Origin: an uncultured Chlamydiae bacterium
Lineage (GTDB): Bacteria; Chlamydiota; Chlamydiia; Chlamydiales; SM23-39
Direction of reading: 5' to 3'
DNA: 64,000 bases
NCBI GenBank assembly: GCA_963828125.1
Contig: CAWHDP010000002.1
Span: 1,847,165 to 1,911,164 of the forward strand
Translations under genes and position numbers: made by a program
The notes under the pieces: generated by a model
Told to the model about the DNA's origin: nothing
What the model saw: only the letters and a program-made list of their open reading frames with translations
Databases searched by the model: none
Part shown: positions 58,969-64,000 of the stretch, piece after piece
How the letters are laid out: each line of letters starts with the position of its first letter
How positions within the stretch are numbered: the first letter of the stretch is position 1

Positions 58969-59930
58969 TGTTGATCACGCTGCTCAGTCTGTTTCTATTT
59001 CTCGCCTTTCTCCTTCGCGGCATGAAGATCGTGCCGCAGCAGCAGGTTTGGATCGTCCAACGGCTGGGAAAATTTTCGCGCCAGCTCGAACCGGGCCTAA
59101 ATTGGATTCTCCCATTTGCCGATGAAATCGCCTCTCGCCATTCGCTGAAAGAGGAGGCGATTGAAGTGCCAGAGCAGACTGCGATTACGCAAGACAATGT
59201 CAGCGTCACCCTCGATGGCATCGTCTATATCAAAATTTTCGATCCCGTTGCCGCCTCTTATGGGGTCAAAAATCCGGTGCATGCCCTCACGCAGCTCGTC
59301 CAAACGACGATGCGCTCCGAAATCGGCAAAATTCCCCTCGATGAGACGTTTGAAGAGAGGGAATCGCTCAATGCGAAAATCGTAGAGGCGATTAACCAAG
59401 CGGCTGTCACGTGGGGCGTCCGGTGTCTTCGCTATGAAATTAAAGACATTAAGATGCCGGAAGATATCCGGAAGGCGATGGAACTTCAGATGACCGCCGA
59501 ACGACAAAAAAGGGCCCGTATTCTCGAATCGGAAGGGGTGCGGCAGTCTCATATTAACGAGTCGGAGGGGCAAAGACAGGCCCGCATCAATGAATCGGAA
59601 GCTGCGCAAATCGATCGGATCAACCGGGCTAAAGGAGAGGCGGAGGCGATCGAAGCTCTTTCGAGAGCCGCCGCGAGCGGCATTAGGCTGATCGCAGAGG
59701 CTCTCAACCACACCGGCGGAGAAAAGGCTGCCTCGCTCCAAATCGCTGAAAAATATATCGAGGCGTTCCGCCAGCTTGCCAAAGAGACCAACACCATTGT
59801 CCTCCCATCTAATCTCCAGCACCCCGGCTCCATGGTCGCCGAAGCGATGGCCATCTACGACTCGCTAAAAAAAAAGTCGGCTCCTCATAGCCCCTACCCA
59901 TTCCCAGAGTCCAAAATTCCAGTCCATTAA
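58968..59930 (+). CDS. SPFH/band-7 protein (QmcA/stomatin-like)
   Basis: N-terminal TM, RLGKF..L.PG, ITQDNV, TTMRSEIG, WGV.CLRYEIKDI, QMTAERQKRA. Confidence 0.93.
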   Translation: MLITLLSLFLFLAFLLRGMKIVPQQQVWIVQRLGKFSRQLEPGLNWILPFADEIASRHSLKEEAIEVPEQTAITQDNVSVTLDGIVYIKIFDPVAASYGVKNPVHALTQLVQTTMRSEIGKIPLDETFEERESLNAKIVEAINQAAVTWGVRCLRYEIKDIKMPEDIRKAMELQMTAERQKRARILESEGVRQSHINESEGQRQARINESEAAQIDRINRAKGEAEAIEALSRAAASGIRLIAEALNHTGGEKAASLQIAEKYIEAFRQLAKETNTIVLPSNLQHPGSMVAEAMAIYDSLKKKSAPHSPYPFPESKIPVH

Positions 59931-59970
59931 TCCCATTAATAATAATTTATTGACTCTACCGCTTTTTTTT

Positions 59971-60009
59971 GGTAAAAGTTCAGGCCCCGAAGGGGCCTGA
60001 ACTTTTACC
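59971..60009. terminator. Perfect 18-bp hairpin, probably a bidirectional terminator
   Basis: GGTAAAAGTTCAGGCCCC-GAA-GGGGCCTGAACTTTTACC; the minus strand reads a cUUCGg loop. Confidence 0.8.
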
Positions 60010-60105
60010 TCTCTTAACCTTTCTGTATCTTTAGCGCCGGTTACGCTGGCGATCATTCTTATTATTCTGGTTTAACCTGAAATAACCGCCAATTACATAT
60101 CAGAT
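59971..60105 (-). ncRNA. Candidate structured small RNA of about 130 nt
   Basis: The stem 60047-60057/60081-60091 and a small stem at 60033-60047 pair fully, with G-U pairs, only on the minus strand; it ends in the UUCG hairpin. Confidence 0.45.
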
Positions 60106-60224
60106 TTTTGTTATAGCGATAAAAATAAAAAAATTTATTTTTTAAATAAAATATGGTGTACGAGAACTGCTCAGAGTTCGCATCTGAAGAAGAGACAAAT
60201 TTATAATCTGTTTCCGAAGCAGAT

Positions 60225-60247
60225 AGGGGGGAGTGATCCCCCCTTTT
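60225..60247 (+). terminator. Rho-independent terminator for a + strand transcript
   Basis: AGGGGGGA-GTGA-TCCCCCCT followed by TTT on the + strand only. Confidence 0.75.
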
Positions 60248-60250
60248 GAT

Positions 60251-60874
60251 TTAGAAACCGGCGCCTACTGAAAGTTCAGCAAACGCTTTCGGAAATTCGC
60301 CTTCCCGAATCGCTGCAATCGCTGGCTGGCTCACGTCGAATTGGACGAAGCTGCGCAGCGTACCTGCACGATTAAACTCGTAGCCGAGCGCAAGGTTCGG
60401 AATGAGTCCCACAAATTTGACCTCGTCGCGTGTCGCTGTTTCTCGACTCATGACTCCGCCCCAAGCTGCTCCTCCGCCTACATAGAGGCTGCTGTTGCTG
60501 GCTGAACTTACATAATAGTAGTAGTTCGCTTTGGGCACTGTATAAAGATAGGTCCTCTCTCTCCCCTCATCTGTGATCGTATCTCTCCGATTGAAAGATC
60601 CTGAAATGTCAATGGCCGATGCTCCAGAGACAATCCGGTATCCAAGACCAAAGCCGGGAAGCATCTCAATGTCGGTCGTTTGTAAATCAGAATCGGAAAC
60701 TCCCATTCTCAAATAGCCAAACGATCCCTTCGGAGCCACTTTCTCTTTTATGGAAGGCAGGGCAGGGGCCATTGCTAGGTGTGCTACATTCGGAAGAACT
60801 TCTGGAATTGCCTCTTGAGCAAATCCAAGCGCAGTTGCAAGCGTCAATAATGCAGTTGTGATTTCCTTTTTCAT
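60251..60874 (-). CDS. Putative outer-membrane beta-barrel protein
   Basis: Signal peptide, amphipathic beta strands, C-terminal LSVGAGF BAM-type motif, GGAGG SD. Confidence 0.75.
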   Translation of the reverse strand: MKKEITTALLTLATALGFAQEAIPEVLPNVAHLAMAPALPSIKEKVAPKGSFGYLRMGVSDSDLQTTDIEMLPGFGLGYRIVSGASAIDISGSFNRRDTITDEGRERTYLYTVPKANYYYYVSSASNSSLYVGGGAAWGGVMSRETATRDEVKFVGLIPNLALGYEFNRAGTLRSFVQFDVSQPAIAAIREGEFPKAFAELSVGAGF

Positions 60875-60932
60875 ATTTACCTCCGTTGAAAAAGAAAATC
60901 AATTATCGAATGAGTGGGTTAATTTGCGCAAC

Positions 60933-62273
60933 TCAAATAGTTTCTATGTTTTTTCTTACCATTTGTACTTGACGGCGGAGCATTTCATTGATCTGGATTT
61001 GATCGGTGATTTTTTTCCACGCGTGGAGAAGGGTGGAGTGGGTTTTCCCTCCGAAGGATGCGGCGATTTTCATGAGTGAATCGTCGATCATCTCTTTGGC
61101 CAGATACATGGCGACTTGGCGGGCGAGGGCGATCTCTTTATGTCTCGATTCTCCTTTGATCTCTGATATGCGCACTTCAAAAACAGCGGCGACGCTCTTC
61201 AGGATTTCTTCGACGGAGATTTTTTTATTCGGGGCGTTGTGCTGAAACATTTCACTGAGGATTTTTTCAACAACTTCTTCATTGAGGGTGGCTGACATGA
61301 GTCTGGAATGGGCGGAGAGGCGATTGATGGCCCCTTCAATCTGCCGGACATTATTGTAGATGTGTTCTGCAATGAAAAAGGCGATTTGATTCGGGATGTC
61401 GAGTCCGCGCCGCTCCGACTTGTGTTTGATGATCGCGACCCGAGTCTCTAAATCGGGGATCCCCATGTGGGCGACGAGACCCCATTCAAGGCGGGCGACC
61501 ATCCGCTCGGAGAGTTTGAGCTGGGCGGGCGCTTTATCGCTTGTAATGACGATCTGTTTGTTTTGATTGAGGAGCGCCTCAAAGGTGTTGCAAAATTCCT
61601 CTTCGAAATTGAGCCGATTTTGCAAAAACTGGATATCGTCGACGAGCAATATGTCCAAAGTCCGGTAGAACCGTTTCATCTTATCGATCGATTTATTTCT
61701 CAGATGGTCGACTATATCGTTGATGAACGCTTCGGTGGTGATCGATTGGATCCGGAGCTTTTTATGGTGCTCGCCGACGTAGTGGCCGATGCTGTGGAGA
61801 AGGTGCGTTTTTCCAAGGCCGACGCCTCCGTGAATAAAAAGGGGGTTGTAGGATTTGCCAGGCCGGTTGGCCACGCCGACGGCCGCTGACTTGACGAATT
61901 GGTTCGAGGGGCCTTCGATGAAGTTATCGAAGGTATAGAGATGGTTTAGGCGCAACTCATATATCGGGGCCGGCTCTTCGGACGCCATGGGTTCTGGAGC
62001 GGCGGCCGGGGGCCGTTTTTCGGAGGAGATGACGAATTGGATGGCCGGTTCGCCCGATGGAAGGAGCGGCAAAAAATTGCAGAGAACTTCCTTAAAGTTA
62101 TCGAGTAAATAGTCTTGAACGTAGACGTTCGGCACCTCAAGGAGAATTTTTTCCGGTGTTGCTTCAATCAAAGAGATCGGAGAGATCCAATTCTGGAACT
62201 CGGCAGAGGAACACCTGGTTTCAATGAACTCAAGAAACTGAACCCACCCGTTCTTTATTTCACAGTCTAGCAT
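60933..62273 (-). CDS. dnaA: Chromosomal replication initiator DnaA (CT275-type copy)
   Basis: [55 protein letters not shown]. Confidence 0.97.
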   Translation of the reverse strand: MLDCEIKNGWVQFLEFIETRCSSAEFQNWISPISLIEATPEKILLEVPNVYVQDYLLDNFKEVLCNFLPLLPSGEPAIQFVISSEKRPPAAAPEPMASEEPAPIYELRLNHLYTFDNFIEGPSNQFVKSAAVGVANRPGKSYNPLFIHGGVGLGKTHLLHSIGHYVGEHHKKLRIQSITTEAFINDIVDHLRNKSIDKMKRFYRTLDILLVDDIQFLQNRLNFEEEFCNTFEALLNQNKQIVITSDKAPAQLKLSERMVARLEWGLVAHMGIPDLETRVAIIKHKSERRGLDIPNQIAFFIAEHIYNNVRQIEGAINRLSAHSRLMSATLNEEVVEKILSEMFQHNAPNKKISVEEILKSVAAVFEVRISEIKGESRHKEIALARQVAMYLAKEMIDDSLMKIAASFGGKTHSTLLHAWKKITDQIQINEMLRRQVQMVRKNIETI

Positions 62274-62316
62274 GTCACGAATCTATCAAGGAACGGACGA
62301 TCGAAGCAAGGGAATT

Positions 62317-62703
62317 TCACCGGTAGGCGAGAACGAGAGCGGAGGCTTGCGAGGCAATTTCTTTCTCTTCTGCCGATTCAAGGGCAAGCGCTTGCATGAG
62401 TCCTTGCCGCTTGTAGCCGAGCATCAACAATGCCTTCGCCCGGTTGAGTTGCGTAAGTAGATGTGTCGGATCCATTTTGAGAGCCCGGTCGAGATAGTCG
62501 AGCGCTTTTAAACCATTCCCTAGCTGCAAATGGAGGGCGCCGACGGTCTGCAAGTCGTATGCAATGGGAGGAGCCAACACGGAAATGGCGTCAAAAAAGG
62601 TGAGGGCCACATCGTAGATCCCTTGCCGAATGTAGGAATAAGCGATATACCGGAGATCGGTGATCTCATCGGAACTCCATCCGAGAATGTCGAGCCACTT
62701 CAT
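62317..62703 (-). CDS. TPR protein (CT274-like, SycD/LcrH-type chaperone fold)
   Basis: W..ILGW, YSYIRQG.YD.AL.FF, TPR helices; CT273-CT274-dnaA synteny. Confidence 0.85.
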   Translation of the reverse strand: MKWLDILGWSSDEITDLRYIAYSYIRQGIYDVALTFFDAISVLAPPIAYDLQTVGALHLQLGNGLKALDYLDRALKMDPTHLLTQLNRAKALLMLGYKRQGLMQALALESAEEKEIASQASALVLAYR

Positions 62704-62715
62704 CTCACGCAAAGG

Positions 62716-63204
62716 TCAGCCTCGTTGATATTGGTTGCGGCGGGAATTGATCATCCCTAGCGTCCGGTCGAGTTTGCCAATCGTCTTTAAAAGATTCAAC
62801 AGGGTCTTCCTCTCCCGTTCATCTTCCTTTTGCTGTTGCTGATCCCGTTTGCCTTCCTGAAACGACTTGTTGAGAGTATCTTCTAACGCTTCAAGCTTAT
62901 CTTCGTCGGCCTCTTGCTTCTCATAACTGCCTAGGCTCGGGATGAGCTGATAGCTAAACAGCGGTTTGGCATAGGTGTAGTATTCGGGAGGGGGTTCGAA
63001 TGAGGCCCAAAGGGTCAAGGTTCCAGCTGAGAAATACTCCTCAAATTCGGTCGGCAAATAGGGCTTGACTACCGACACTTCGGTTTTCAGAGGGATGAAA
63101 CGGGATTCATCGATCAGTTTGGTGTCGAGTTGGGCCTGATCCCTTGCATAGCGGGAGGAGGTTTCGATCCCGAGATTGTCGATTGTACGTGATTTAACGG
63201 TCAT
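62716..63204 (-). CDS. Conserved chlamydial protein (CT273-like)
   Basis: WASFEPP...LFSYQLIPSLG and C-terminal INSRRNQYQRG; synteny. Confidence 0.8.
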   Translation of the reverse strand: MTVKSRTIDNLGIETSSRYARDQAQLDTKLIDESRFIPLKTEVSVVKPYLPTEFEEYFSAGTLTLWASFEPPPEYYTYAKPLFSYQLIPSLGSYEKQEADEDKLEALEDTLNKSFQEGKRDQQQQKEDERERKTLLNLLKTIGKLDRTLGMINSRRNQYQRG

Positions 63205-63344
63205 AATCTTCGCATAGGTGAAATCCCGATTGTATCATTCTGAAGATTTTTCCGATATACCTCGACGTTCCCAAATCCTAAAAATCTGTTTAAATGCAGG
63301 GCTTTTTCAGCAAATTTTTGTGGCCCGTTTAATCCGAATCAGCT

Positions 63345-63373
63345 ATACTGCGGCCACCCAAAAAGTGTGAATT
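63345..63373 (+). repeat. 29-bp dispersed repeat (family B)
   Basis: ATACTGCGGCCACCCAAAAAGTGTGAATT, 28/29 identical to 33981-34009. Confidence 0.88.
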
Positions 63374-63467
63374 GCGATTGTGATACCCTGCCACCGTGTC
63401 ATGAATAGCAACGGCAGTTTGGGAGGATATGGCGGAGGGGTTAAGAGAAAGGAATGGCTTTTAAAAC

Positions 63468-64000
63468 ATGAAAGAAAATAGCAAGCGATGCTTTGGATCT
63501 GCACCTGGCAAAGAATTCTACGCGGAGTACCATGATAAGGAATGGGGTGTTCCAGTTTATGACGATAAGCATCTATTTGAAATGCTTATCCTTGAGGGGG
63601 CGCAAGCAGGACTCAGTTGGGAAACCATTCTTAAAAGGCGAGCAGAATACAGACGGTCTTTTCACCATTTTGATCCTGTAAAAGTGGCCAACATGACCGA
63701 TGGCGAATTAAAGGCCCTGCTTGAAAATCCTGGCATTATTAGAAATCGATTGAAAATTTATGCTGCGCGCCAGAATGCGTCCGTTTTTTTGCAAATCCAG
63801 AAGGAATTCGGTTCTTTTTCTAACTATGTTTGGAATTTCGTGCATCACAAGCCAGCGCTCACGAGAAGAAAATCTCTCAAAGATGTCCCCGTTTCCACCC
63901 CTATCAGCGATGCCCTCTCAAAGGATCTCAAAAAAAGAGGAATGACTTTTGTGGGTTCAACAATCATGTATGCGTTCATGCAAGCCGTTGGCCTCGTGGA
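63468..64000 (+). CDS. tag: DNA-3-methyladenine glycosylase I; runs off the right edge
   Basis: Manual translation: [10 protein letters not shown]...[38 protein letters not shown]...GIIRNRLKI...[24 protein letters not shown]. Confidence 0.95.
   Translation, partial: MKENSKRCFGSAPGKEFYAEYHDKEWGVPVYDDKHLFEMLILEGAQAGLSWETILKRRAEYRRSFHHFDPVKVANMTDGELKALLENPGIIRNRLKIYAARQNASVFLQIQKEFGSFSNYVWNFVHHKPALTRRKSLKDVPVSTPISDALSKDLKKRGMTFVGSTIMYAFMQAVGLV

Noticed and set aside
59865-60056. 63-aa minus-strand ORF
   Set aside because: No SD; it runs through the terminator hairpin and overlaps the SPFH gene end.
59931-60932. oriC next to dnaA
   Set aside because: An AT-rich tract is present but I saw no cluster of DnaA boxes; the region is better explained by promoters, terminators and an OMP gene.
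27129-63373. Dispersed 29-34-bp repeats as CRISPR repeats or integron attC sites
   Set aside because: No regular spacing, no cas genes, no integron integrase, and no RYYYAAC...GTTRRRY ends with the expected bulges.

Overview
Chromosomal segment of an environmental (non-Chlamydiaceae) chlamydia, phylum Chlamydiota. The assignment rests on the sctJ-K-L-R-S-T type III secretion operon, cdsZ/CT398 beside rnpB, the CT296-rnc-radA-hemC and sod-accD-dut-ptsN-ptsN-clpC-lplA-gcvH synteny, and the CT273-CT274-dnaA block. Most of the window is housekeeping: shikimate genes, murA, epmB, xerC, glyA, clpP, a SWIM-SNF2 helicase, proS and tag. Accessory genes are interspersed: an inverse-autotransporter gene cut by the left edge, an AAA_14/DUF4143-type ATPase, a J-domain protein, an F-box protein, an Inc-like protein, an 875-aa membrane protein with a possible catalytic Cys, and an RHS toxin with a downstream immunity-like gene. 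Four signals are not explained by the ORF track. (1) Candidate small RNAs at about 6854-6934 and 59970-60250; the latter carries a near copy of the chlamydial hctA start that IhtA targets. (2) Several short TA-bounded palindromic repeat families sit at core/accessory junctions, and one copy supplies the last codons and stop of sctT. (3) A very compact RNase P RNA appears to lack P12. (4) Unusual enzyme variants: a DapL paralogue with altered substrate residues and a HemC lacking domain 3. I saw no tRNA, rRNA, CRISPR array or intact transposase. All family calls come from motif recognition by eye; no database searches were run.
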